Part shown: piece by piece, positions 1-9,018 of the stretch | How positions within the stretch are numbered: position 1 is the first letter of the stretch | How the letters are laid out: each line of letters opens with the position of its first letter | DNA from: Halioglobus sp. | GTDB lineage: Bacteria > Pseudomonadota > Gammaproteobacteria > Pseudomonadales > Halieaceae | NCBI GenBank assembly: GCA_028823475.1 | Contig: JAPKBI010000001.1 | Coordinates: 1-47,357 of the forward strand | Length of the DNA: 47,357 bases | Direction: 5' to 3' | The notes under the pieces: model-generated | What the model saw: only the letters and a program-made list of their open reading frames with translations | Told to the model about the DNA's origin: nothing | Database searches by the model: none | Made by a program: the position numbers and the translations under genes

Positions 1-676
1 GCTTCACTATAACGTCCGCGATATGAGCGAGAAAGAGTGTGCCCGTCTTGCTGTTATAGCGGTTGGCGTCTGAGCTGCCAACCGCGATCAGTCCTAACTG
101 TTCGGTAGATACCAATGGCATGATAGCGGCAGAACCGACCCCCTTTCCTTCTGGAAAGAGGAATATGAGTTCCTCCGTCCTCAGCGTGCCGCAGATGGCC
201 TTGTGACCTCGGAAGAGAGAGCCGATCTCTTTTTTTACCCTCTCATGGGATACGGTTCGACATCCTTCAGTGTTGTCGTTGTTGGCGTACAGGATCATGC
301 TCGCGTGTTCTACATTAAAGTCAGCCGCCATCGATGTGATGAAGGTGCTGTAAAGTGCCTCGACAGAATTGGCATCCAGTAGCTTCAGCACCAGTGTGCG
401 CGTTTTCTCAAATAGAGCATCGTTGTCCTTTGCATTTGCGGAAAGAGCTTTAAGTCGTTGGCGTAGTTCCGTGCTGCGTTCGCGCATAACACTGACCTGC
501 TTCTCCACTAGCGATACGGCGCTACCTGATGCATGTGAAACATGCAGAAAGTCCAGCATATCGGGATAACGTTGCAGAAAATCATCATGATTCTTCAGGT
601 ATTCACACACAATCTCGTCATTGATTTCGCTGCTTGCGCTTTGCACGCCTGTATTCTGCTTTTTGCTGACTGCCAT
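1..676 (-). CDS. DUF484 (YigA-like) family protein, 3' end runs off the window
   Basis: Not in the ORF track. Manual translation from ATG 676: MAVSKKQ...EYLKNHDDFLQRYPDMLDFLHVSHASGSAVSLVEKQVSVMRER...YNSKTGTLFLAHIADVIVK. Sits directly downstream of dapF, the usual position for this family. Confidence 0.9.
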   Translation of the reverse strand, partial: MAVSKKQNTGVQSASSEINDEIVCEYLKNHDDFLQRYPDMLDFLHVSHASGSAVSLVEKQVSVMRERSTELRQRLKALSANAKDNDALFEKTRTLVLKLLDANSVEALYSTFITSMAADFNVEHASMILYANNDNTEGCRTVSHERVKKEIGSLFRGHKAICGTLRTEELIFLFPEGKGVGSAAIMPLVSTEQLGLIAVGSSDANRYNSKTGTLFLAHIADVIVK

Positions 677-719
677 GATTATTGACTCTCTTGCCCTGGA
701 TGGCCTCGCTGACGAGGAT

Positions 720-1550
720 TCAAATTTTTATGCTTCCGTCGAACACTACCGCAGTGGGCCCTGTCATTATCACCGGCTGGCCTTCTCCCGCCCACGATAC
801 CGAAAGCTTACCCCCCGGTAACGCTACTGTCACGGAATCACTCAACCAGCCGCGTGAAATACCGTAAACGACGGCGGCACAGGCGCCCGTCCCACAGGCC
901 AAAGTCTCGCCAACGCTCCGTTCATAGACGCGCAGCTTGATCTCTTTTTCCGAAACAATTTGCATGAAGCCGACGTTAACGTGCTGCGGAAAGTCAGAAT
1001 GTGACTCGATAAGTGGCCCGAGGCGCTCGATTTCGCTACCGCTGGTGCTCTTAACCCGCAATACTGCATGCGGATTTCCCATCGACACTGAGCCAATTTC
1101 CAACTCTGTATTGTCTATCAGAAGGGGATAACTGTGCTGTCTGGCTGCAGCCGCGAAGGGAATCTTTTCGGGTTCGAACTGCGGCGCACCCATATCGACT
1201 TCAACTTCATGGTTGTGCAGTACGCGCAGTTCAATAACACCGGCGGCCGTTTCCACGCTGATCGTCCGCTTGCGGGTCAGTTTCTTCTCGCGGACGAAGA
1301 TGGCGAAACAACGAGCGCCATTGCCGCATTGTTGCACCTCGCTGCCGTCGGCATTGTAGATGCGGTAGCGAAAATCCACTTGGGGATTGTGTGGCGCTTC
1401 CACAGTCAGTACCTGATCGCAACCCACGCCTAAATGTCGGTCCGCCAGCCTGCGCGCGTCTTGCGGGCGGAGCTTGTAATCCTGGCTGATCAGGTCAATA
1501 ACGACAAAGTCGTTACCCGCGCCATGCATTTTGGTGAAGTGTAATTGCAT
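720..1550 (-). CDS. dapF: Diaminopimelate epimerase
   Basis: FTKMHGAGNDF, NADGSEVQQCGNGARC, SMGNPH, ERSVGETLACGTGACA motifs. Confidence 0.98.
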   Translation of the reverse strand: MQLHFTKMHGAGNDFVVIDLISQDYKLRPQDARRLADRHLGVGCDQVLTVEAPHNPQVDFRYRIYNADGSEVQQCGNGARCFAIFVREKKLTRKRTISVETAAGVIELRVLHNHEVEVDMGAPQFEPEKIPFAAAARQHSYPLLIDNTELEIGSVSMGNPHAVLRVKSTSGSEIERLGPLIESHSDFPQHVNVGFMQIVSEKEIKLRVYERSVGETLACGTGACAAVVYGISRGWLSDSVTVALPGGKLSVSWAGEGQPVIMTGPTAVVFDGSIKI

Positions 1551-1568
1551 TCTAAACTCGTAGTCTGA

Positions 1569-2834
1569 TTAGTCAGAAGCGCTTTGGTCGGGCAACACGG
1601 TTTCGCCACGGATAAGATCCGCCAGCGTTTCTCGGGGCCGCACCAGATGTGTGTGATCAACGTCCACCATGATTTCTGGAGCGCGACCACGACTGTTGTA
1701 ATTGGAACTCATGGTAAAACCATAGGCGCCTGCGCCAAACATCGCCAGAAGATCACCCTGAGTGAGTGTCAGATCTCTTCCTTTTCCAAGGAAATCACCG
1801 GTTTCACACACGGGCCCTACCACATCCCATTGCGCCCGTTGTCCCTCTGCATTTTTCTCTACCGGCTGGATGTCCATCCATGCCTCATAGAGTGCCGGGC
1901 GAAGCATATCGTTCATCGCGGTATCAACCAGCGCAAAGTGATGATCAGGCGTAGATTTAAGATATTCCACCTGCATGACCAACACGCCTGCGTTGGCAGC
2001 AATAGAGCGCCCCGGCTCAAACATAAGCTGTACATCGCGGTCACCCAGTACTTTCCTAATCGCAGCGATGTACTCGGCGATGGAGGGCGGCTCTTCGTCG
2101 CGGTAATGTACGCCCAGTCCGCCGCCTAGATCCAGATGGCGAATAACGATGCCAAGACCTGCCAACGTATCTACTAGTTCAAGTAGGCGATGCAGCGCGT
2201 CGATAAACGGACTGACCTCGGTCAGTTGTGAGCCTATGTGGCAATCCAGCCCAACGATCTGCACGTGATCCAATTGTGCGGCGTGCTGGTATACCCGCAG
2301 TGCCTCATCGATCGTCAGCCCGAACTTGTTTTCGCGCAGGCCGGTAGAGATATAGGGATGCGTTTTTGCATCCACATCAGGGTTCACTCTGATGGATATG
2401 GGAGCGATCTGACTGCGCTGCCCGGCGACGCTGTTAAGCACTTCCAGTTCTGCTGCTGATTCAAGGTTGAAGCAGTGAATGCCCAGTTCCAGCGCCCTCG
2501 CCATTTCTTCAGGTTTTTTGCTGACACCAGAAAATACGACCTTGGATGGATCGCCGCCGGCGGCGACCACGCGTTCCAACTCACCGCCCGAGACAATATC
2601 GAACCCCGCACCTAGTTTAGCCAGTACATTGAGTACCGCTAGGTTGGAGTTGGCCTTTACCGCGTAGCAAATCAGATGCTTTGCGCCTTCAAGCGCTTGG
2701 CGATACTCCATGAAGGCATCTTCTAAAGCCGACCTGGAGTAAATATAGCAAGGCGTGCCGTGGATGGCAGCGATCGCGCTGACGGCAACGTTTTCCGCGT
2801 ACAGGCTGCCCTCACGATACGTAAAATAGTTCAT
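1569..2834 (-). CDS. lysA: Diaminopimelate decarboxylase
   Basis: YAVKANSN PLP-lysine, HIGSQ, DLGGG, EPGR, GPVCETGD, GAYGFTMSSNYN. Confidence 0.98.
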   Translation of the reverse strand: MNYFTYREGSLYAENVAVSAIAAIHGTPCYIYSRSALEDAFMEYRQALEGAKHLICYAVKANSNLAVLNVLAKLGAGFDIVSGGELERVVAAGGDPSKVVFSGVSKKPEEMARALELGIHCFNLESAAELEVLNSVAGQRSQIAPISIRVNPDVDAKTHPYISTGLRENKFGLTIDEALRVYQHAAQLDHVQIVGLDCHIGSQLTEVSPFIDALHRLLELVDTLAGLGIVIRHLDLGGGLGVHYRDEEPPSIAEYIAAIRKVLGDRDVQLMFEPGRSIAANAGVLVMQVEYLKSTPDHHFALVDTAMNDMLRPALYEAWMDIQPVEKNAEGQRAQWDVVGPVCETGDFLGKGRDLTLTQGDLLAMFGAGAYGFTMSSNYNSRGRAPEIMVDVDHTHLVRPRETLADLIRGETVLPDQSASD

Positions 2835-2848
2835 TGGTTAGCCTCGGC

Positions 2849-3004
2849 TCAGGACGCTTTGTTCTGTTGCTCAGCGCCGTCTATGGGTGCGGCGGGTGGG
2901 CGTGGGGCTTCCTCGGACGGCATATATAGCGCGCCTGTTTGCCCACACCCGCCGAGGACGCCAATGGTGAGTGCGATTAGCATGAAGATATAGGAATAAG
3001 GCAT
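2849..3004 (-). CDS. lptM: Small lipoprotein LptM (YifL/LppL), 51 aa
   Basis: Below the ORF-track cutoff. Manual translation MPYSYIFMLIALTIGVLGGCGQTGALYMPSEEAPRPPAAPIDGAEQQNKAS: lipobox plus the CGQxGxLYxP signature, upstream of lysA. Confidence 0.9.
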   Translation of the reverse strand: MPYSYIFMLIALTIGVLGGCGQTGALYMPSEEAPRPPAAPIDGAEQQNKAS

Positions 3005-3044
3005 ACGCTGCTCCAGTTTATAATGAAGTGAATTATACCGTCTG

Positions 3045-3200
3045 CTAGTAAGCGGCGCGAACAGCCCTTACTATTGAATTGTGCACACTTTGGCGGAATA
3101 AGTTCTGTGATAACCGAATCAGAATTCAATGCGTTGATAAAACGCACCTTCGAGGCGCTGGAGATGCCGTGGAACAGATGGATGCTCATATCGACTATCA
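3045..3200 (+). repeat. Left copy of imperfect direct repeat (cyaY upstream region and 5' end)
   Basis: Aligns by hand to 19541-19697 with about 26 differences over 157 columns (~83%), including one 1-bp gap. Confidence 0.93.
3107..3200 (+). pseudogene. cyaY: Truncated, frameshifted 5' fragment of cyaY
   Basis: GTG-ITESEFNALIKRTFEAL, then a 1-bp deletion; the restored frame reads EDAVEQMDAHIDY versus EEALDQIDTDIDY in the intact gene; homology stops at ~3200. Confidence 0.88.
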
Positions 3201-3294
3201 CGACGCACAGGAAATATGAACGAGCTGCGACCGGACCAACTTTCTCTGGGGTGCGCAACTGAAACCATTAACATTAACATCAGGTGACGCTGCA

Positions 3295-3566
3295 AAGTAT
3301 CGACCGGAGCTCGACGGAGTAAGGGCGATAGCCGTCCTCAGTGTTATTCTCCATTACTTCGATGTGAAAATCTTCAGTGGCGGTTTCGTCGGCCTCGATG
3401 CCTTTTTGTTATCAATGGATTTCTTGTCACCAGTTTGATTCTGGATGCAGAAAGTGCCGCCACATTCAGATTCGGCAACGTCTATCTGCGGCGCGCGCGA
3501 CGCCTATTGCCTGCACTTACTTTGAAAAACGTTGACGGCTGGGCTGTTGCCGCAAACTGGAACTAG
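3295..3566 (+). pseudogene. N-terminal fragment of an OafA/YrhL-type acyltransferase-3
   Basis: KYRPELDGVRAIAVLSVILHYFDVKIFSGGFVGLDAF / frameshift in T5 run at 3403-3407 / VINGFLVTSLIL...YLRRARRLLPAL, then homology is lost; no in-frame start codon seen just upstream. Confidence 0.88.
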
Positions 3567-3621
3567 GTCTTATCGCAAGAAGCGCCGACGCTCAGGTCCA
3601 AATCGTCTCTTCCTGTATTTT

Positions 3622-4482
3622 CTATGCGGCAGTTTTTCTGCCAACAATATAGAATAAAAAATCCTTGGTGTTAAGTGAAGTGTCCTTGTCGAACAATCCA
3701 AAAGCCTTCAGTACTCCGCTGACAATATTTTTTAAAAATTTGTGCCTGCGCAGTACGATTTCGAATGAGAGGCCTATAGGATATATTCTTTTCCCCCACT
3801 GCTTGTCTAATATCGTTAATCCCATGCTTTCGAGATAATCTTCGAGAGATTTTTCTGAAAAGTAAAAAAGATGTGCTATCGATAGATGCTGACCTTTAGT
3901 TCCAAATAATTTCGAGTGGACAGTGAAAATGTTGGGAACTTCAATAACGATTATGCCGTGGTCAGCTAACACATGGTCTTTGATCGTATTAATAAATTCA
4001 GTCGGTTTGGGAACGTGTTCCAGAACATTGAACAGTGCGACGATATCACATTTTTTTTGAAAATTTATATTTTTAAGATCTATTTCTTCGTGAACAGTCA
4101 GGCCTAGATGGTCTCTACCATAAGTCACTGCATCTTTGTTTAGCTCAGCTCCAGAAGGCTCAAATCCTGACTTTCGTGCTTCATCTAAAAACAGTCCTCC
4201 GCTACAGCCCACCTCAAAAATTTTACCCTCAGATTTAAATTTTTTGATTTGATCCAGCCGCCATTGCGCTGTTTTTCGTCGGCCGTTTTCGTTTTTCAAG
4301 TAATTAGCAACATACTTTTTATGGTCAGCGTAGTTCATTTCTATCTGTGGATTTGAAAAAGTAACTTGGCAGTTTCTACAAGTTACGATGTTAGAGTGGT
4401 TGTTGGTTCTTTTATAGAGCATGTCGAAATCACTTGCGCCACATAGTGCACAAGATTCAAGTGTTGTTTCTGTGCTGGCCAT
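3622..4482 (-). CDS. Class I SAM-dependent methyltransferase with N-terminal CxxC...CxxC motif
   Basis: CALC...CRNC, FEVGCSGG motif I, FNVLEHV, IEVPN. Start placed at ATG 4482 behind AAAGGAG rather than the track start 4572. Confidence 0.88.
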   Translation of the reverse strand: MASTETTLESCALCGASDFDMLYKRTNNHSNIVTCRNCQVTFSNPQIEMNYADHKKYVANYLKNENGRRKTAQWRLDQIKKFKSEGKIFEVGCSGGLFLDEARKSGFEPSGAELNKDAVTYGRDHLGLTVHEEIDLKNINFQKKCDIVALFNVLEHVPKPTEFINTIKDHVLADHGIIVIEVPNIFTVHSKLFGTKGQHLSIAHLFYFSEKSLEDYLESMGLTILDKQWGKRIYPIGLSFEIVLRRHKFLKNIVSGVLKAFGLFDKDTSLNTKDFLFYIVGRKTAA

Positions 4483-5012
4483 GTTTCCACTCCTTTCACA
4501 GCCCCATTGCTTTGTCAGGGTATAGCGAATTAAAAGAAAAGTACTTTTATAGTAATAAAGGTGAGCAGCCATAAACCCACGGCAGAAACCATTCAGGCGC
4601 CCTTGAATGCATGGGGGATTTTAACCAAAATTTATAACTATGTCCCGCCCACACACCGAACGTTATCACTGGAAAATATCAATATCAATATCAATATAAG
4701 TTATACTACGGGGGTCGGTTAAAGCAGCGCGAATTTCGGCTGCCAAAGCTATAACTAAATTCACGTAACTGCTTGTTTTTAACCCAAACGGTGAGAGAGG
4801 ATAGGCAGGTTATGGGCCAGGAAGAACTACAGGAAATCGCTCAATCGCGGCCGCTATCTGCGGTTTACTCTATTGTTTATTTGGGCTGCATTTTCGGGCC
4901 AACGGTATCCGATATGAAGGACTTTGAGATCAAAAAGGCCTCGTGCAAACACCCAATCTTCCGTCAAGCATAGGAGATATAAACGGATGTGCCGATGAGA
5001 TTATAATGGCGC

Positions 5013-7142
5013 TTATTTCTTTCGCACCCAGTTTTCACCTTCCTTCACAAAGGTCTTACCGCCACTCAAGAGCCTCTTGACCGGCGTCCCTTCCTCGTAC
5101 CACCATTGCTGACGCAAAGTTCGCTTACCGTTTGTATAGCGCCAAATCGTTTCTTCCGTTTTCCAACCTTGCATGTCGAAGAGTTCACTACTAATAATGC
5201 CTTCATCGGCGAAATACTCGCGCTTGGTCAGCGCTCCGGCCTTGTAGTACTGTTTGCGTCGAGCCGAGCCCTCATGATCCAAATCCTCGCGGCGTGTGAG
5301 TGTGCCTTTACTGTAGGTCTCCAGAGCGATCACGCCATCTTGCAGATGAATGATTTCTAGCATGGCCTTTGGTGCTGCGAGAGCCTTCTTCTCGCTAACG
5401 GTGGTCTTGGCGACTTTCCAAACATCGCTGGTCCAGGAGAAGTCCTCTGGCTTATCGTTCAAGACGGCCAGCTTCGCGGCCTTGTCAATCTTCAGCGGCA
5501 GGCTCGGCTTGCCCTCCAATCCGCTCCATTCGATGGCGATGGCTGTGTAGAGTCCGCCATCGGGTAAGCTCACATTTGCGCCGGGGCGAATGGGCTCTTG
5601 TGTAAGCGGTTTGCCGTCTTTGAAGATGCGGTAACCAAATGTCTCCCAGTGGTTTTCACCAGGGATGAGCTGTATTTCTCCGTTGTGGAGGCGCAAGTGG
5701 GGTGCGTCTGGCTCACGTACAATAGCAACATAGATATCCGTCTGACGCTGCCAGAGTAAGGGGCCATTCTTCTCGTCAAAGGATCTCGTCATATATTTGG
5801 GCAATTTGGCCGGGTCACGTTTGTGCGCTGGCAGGAGTCGGGCATCGAGGCTCGTGAGCATGCCGCCCGCTTTCACGGCCAGAGTCTTGGTTTCATATTT
5901 TCCTCGTGTGAGCCCCACAAAGCTCGTATCTGTTTTGCTGTTGTAGCCGATGACCTCGCGGCGGTAGGTGATGTCGCCGGAGTCTGGGAAACCTTTGGTG
6001 GATGTTACTTCGAGCTTCCCAGTCTCTGTCTTTGGGACCGTTACGGCCATGTGAGCGACGTGGCCTTTCTCTATATCGTAGTTGCTGGAAAAACAGACTT
6101 TAGTACCGTCTGGACTGCCTTTGTGATCTGGATCGTAAGGCTCCGAGGCATCACCGACGTCCTCCGGAAAGCAGATTTGCGACCGGGCATTACTAAAAGT
6201 CCAGCTGCCACCTGATCGGAGGTCGGCGACACGTCCGTTAGTGCAGGCCCATCTTCCGCTGAATCCGCAGGGGCTTATATCGCTGAAGTGACAATTTGCC
6301 AGCCTGTGCAGATTGCTGGGGAAAGGTTCATTCCATTTGCGGCCGGCCACCTGTTGGTTCCCCACGAGGTGATACTCGCCGTTGCCAAGCCAGCTCTGAT
6401 GTCCGGCCTGAACCAGAGCCGTGGCGGTGCGCATATTCTCTCCGTCAAGATCAGACCAAGTGCGGCTCGGGGAAAAAGGTGCTCCCCCTTCGGTCTTCTT
6501 ATTTCTCATCATCAGGACAGGATGGTTTCGGCTGGGGAGGGGGCGCTTCCCGGTGCCGTTGCCTAAGACTTCCGACTTTGAGTTTTCCTTGATGGCCATG
6601 CGCACGGCGATGTGTTCGGACTTCTGGCCCCGAAAGCGCTGATTGCCATACAACCAACGATCTTGAGAATCGGTCTCGCCAAGAAACTCAATGCCGTGAC
6701 CTATTGTGACCGTTTTGCCCGTATCCACATCCAGCCATTGGTTTGCGATGCCACCCGCATAGGGCTCCCCTTTGCCCGTATATTGGGAATAGAAGAGCCA
6801 GTTATGGCGATTAGCCCAGCGCGGGTAAATGCCCAATCCAATAAGCGTGTCCTCGTCCTTGTGGAGATCGTAGAGACGTATCTCGGCCCCGCTCTTTTTT
6901 GTGCGGTCGGCCCAGCGATTGATGCTTATGTAGCGCCCGTCCGGGCTCCAGCACTGCGTGTTGTGGTAATTTGCATAATCCCGTACTGCGGGATCATGCG
7001 TTAAGCGCCAGAGGGTAGCATCAGGCCTACTGGGGTCGGGATCCTTAAATACGACCTTTCCCGTCTGAGCATGTGCATTTAAGCATCCAATGGTCAGTAC
7101 AATGGTTAAAGACAACATTACGCCGTCGATAGCGCGAGACAT
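5013..7142 (-). CDS. Secreted modular protein with TolB/oligogalacturonate-lyase-like beta-propeller
   Basis: Signal peptide ending AHA-Q, GAGGAG RBS, WSPDGRY and GSPDGTKVCFSSN PD40-like motifs, 709 aa. Confidence 0.65.
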   Translation of the reverse strand: MSRAIDGVMLSLTIVLTIGCLNAHAQTGKVVFKDPDPSRPDATLWRLTHDPAVRDYANYHNTQCWSPDGRYISINRWADRTKKSGAEIRLYDLHKDEDTLIGLGIYPRWANRHNWLFYSQYTGKGEPYAGGIANQWLDVDTGKTVTIGHGIEFLGETDSQDRWLYGNQRFRGQKSEHIAVRMAIKENSKSEVLGNGTGKRPLPSRNHPVLMMRNKKTEGGAPFSPSRTWSDLDGENMRTATALVQAGHQSWLGNGEYHLVGNQQVAGRKWNEPFPSNLHRLANCHFSDISPCGFSGRWACTNGRVADLRSGGSWTFSNARSQICFPEDVGDASEPYDPDHKGSPDGTKVCFSSNYDIEKGHVAHMAVTVPKTETGKLEVTSTKGFPDSGDITYRREVIGYNSKTDTSFVGLTRGKYETKTLAVKAGGMLTSLDARLLPAHKRDPAKLPKYMTRSFDEKNGPLLWQRQTDIYVAIVREPDAPHLRLHNGEIQLIPGENHWETFGYRIFKDGKPLTQEPIRPGANVSLPDGGLYTAIAIEWSGLEGKPSLPLKIDKAAKLAVLNDKPEDFSWTSDVWKVAKTTVSEKKALAAPKAMLEIIHLQDGVIALETYSKGTLTRREDLDHEGSARRKQYYKAGALTKREYFADEGIISSELFDMQGWKTEETIWRYTNGKRTLRQQWWYEEGTPVKRLLSGGKTFVKEGENWVRKK

Positions 7143-7845
7143 AAAATGATCTCCTCATTAAATATGGTGTCGCTCGGGAGCTGCAAGTGGATGGCATCAC
7201 TGTACCCCGTATCATCATCATGATGCCACAAGGTGCACTATTTCTGGCAGCTGTTTGCGGTGTTAATTTTATACTCGCAGATCGACAAGGCCTAACGAGG
7301 AAGCCTAGTCACTTGTCAGTCCTTTTGTGAGCCTATATATTTTGATTTTGGGTCGGTTATGAGGTCGCCGAAGGAAAAAGCTAGATTTCAATAAGCACTA
7401 TCCAACGATTGGCTGGCGTTGTTGGTGTTACCTTGACTTTCCCTTAAATGCGCCTTCCTGATGAAGTTTTAGAAAGTAGCGTGAGCCTTTAATGAGGCCT
7501 TTTTCTTTGCAATGCAATCTTAGGGCGTTAGGGCCATCATGCAGCTGATGTGTAGCATTTTTGTGTCGGGAGTCGGGGTTTTCACAGGTCAATCAGTAGA
7601 AGTGCTACTGGGAAATTATATGGTATTGCTTTTCGCGTGCCCTCGTTGGTAAGTGGGCGAAGTAACTCAGCAATGTGAGTCATGTGGGCCCGAGTTCAGG
7701 ATGTATGGAGTATGCCATCTTTAGATGGCAAAACGGCAGGATCGAAGACTTGTCCGGTGCGTCACCTGGCTTGCAGCGACTCTTTTCTAGTATTAGCATA
7801 GGTGCCCATAGGTGCCCATAGGTGATAGTAGGGATATATTATTGT

Positions 7846-8715
7846 ATGAAGTTTTGTCTGGAATTTTTTCAATGCACCCGCCGTGGTGTCGAAACCACTC
7901 AGCGGCCTCTCAGTATTATGCTGTGCCTGGTCATTTTTGGCGTCGGGTATACGCAAACGGCTAATGAGGTACATGCTCGTGAGTCGAATCCTATTCTTAA
8001 AGCTGACTTCATATTTACTGATGATTTTGAGCGCGATAATGCCGGCGACCTTGGTGGTGATTGGTTGGATTGCGCTAATGTCATGCCAGACAGCTTTGAT
8101 CCATTGGGAGTCTATGATGGAGGGGTCGTCATTTCTGACCCATATACTAGGCCAGGCAACTATGCTGAGCCGCCGCTGGTGCACCCGGGAGAAGACGGAG
8201 AAATTTATCCTGGTATTGGGTGCGCCTATATTGACACAGGTGCAACGACTGTTTCCGTCAAGATGGTATGGAGCGGCAATTATGGGGCAGAAAAGGGCCC
8301 ACCGCTTTTTCATGTTGAGTCCACTCCACTATTGTACGTGACACCCTCCAATCCGCGGTTTGGTTTTGGTGCATGGATATCGCAGCTTTTTGGCGTCCCG
8401 GTGGTGTTCGTAGGTTACATCGCCTCACCGCCGGAGAACTTCGAGGTGATTGCGACAGCGAGACTGCCTGAACACAAGACTGGTACGCCACGAGAGATAG
8501 AACTCAGGGCTGAAAAACCAGGCAGGGTCACTATGTGGGTGGATGGGCAGCAACTGCTGTTCAACTCCGGCGAGCTTGCTTGGGTGGACGTCGATCCAAC
8601 CATGATTCACAGTACACTCCATGGAATTGCAGTTGATGCGCATTTTGTAGCGCCTCAATCAAACATACCAACAATAAAAGGTATTGAGACAGTCACGATA
8701 AGAAGCTTAGATTAG
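7846..8715 (+). CDS. Hypothetical, probably secreted beta-rich protein (start uncertain: 7822, 7846 or 7918)
   Basis: Long ORF; hydrophobic stretch followed by VHA, then FTDDFERDNAGDLGGDW, a lead-in often seen before beta-sandwich domains. Confidence 0.6.
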   Translation: MKFCLEFFQCTRRGVETTQRPLSIMLCLVIFGVGYTQTANEVHARESNPILKADFIFTDDFERDNAGDLGGDWLDCANVMPDSFDPLGVYDGGVVISDPYTRPGNYAEPPLVHPGEDGEIYPGIGCAYIDTGATTVSVKMVWSGNYGAEKGPPLFHVESTPLLYVTPSNPRFGFGAWISQLFGVPVVFVGYIASPPENFEVIATARLPEHKTGTPREIELRAEKPGRVTMWVDGQQLLFNSGELAWVDVDPTMIHSTLHGIAVDAHFVAPQSNIPTIKGIETVTIRSLD

Positions 8716-9018
8716 CTGAACATTGCCGCTTTCGCAAAATAGCAGGATAAATGCCACCTTAACCATTACAGCTGAGTGATAGATGGGGGATAGCGACGGC
8801 GGGACGTGCTATGTACCGGCAGAGCTGTTCCCGTCTGTCGTTTTTCTTGCTTTGTTGATTGTGGCTGAGAACCCTAGGTTTGCGCGGCACTAATCCAAGT
8901 CGTCCTCGCAGTGCCAATCCCTATGTCAGATCAGCCATACATTGTTTGAGGCAGAACAATTCGATGTAAGGCGCCATTGGGATGTAGTATAGTTTTACGC
9001 AAATAAACCATGGAATAA

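Noticed and set aside
3403-3407. Phase-variable homopolymer in the acyltransferase fragment
   Set aside because: The run is only five T, and the gene is truncated regardless of frame.
4675-4697. AATATC hexamer repeated about four times
   Set aside because: Short microsatellite in AT-rich non-coding DNA; no spacers, so not CRISPR, and no evident function.
4773-4973. 66 aa ORF from the track
   Set aside because: TTG start, no RBS or recognisable motif; probably spurious.
7290-7334. attC-like GCCTAAC...GTGAGCC
   Set aside because: Too short, the right end is not GTTRRRY, internal symmetry is poor, and there is no integron integrase.
7762-8341. Overlapping 183 aa (-) and 152 aa (+) ORFs
   Set aside because: Shadow frames of the 7846-8715 gene with no family features.
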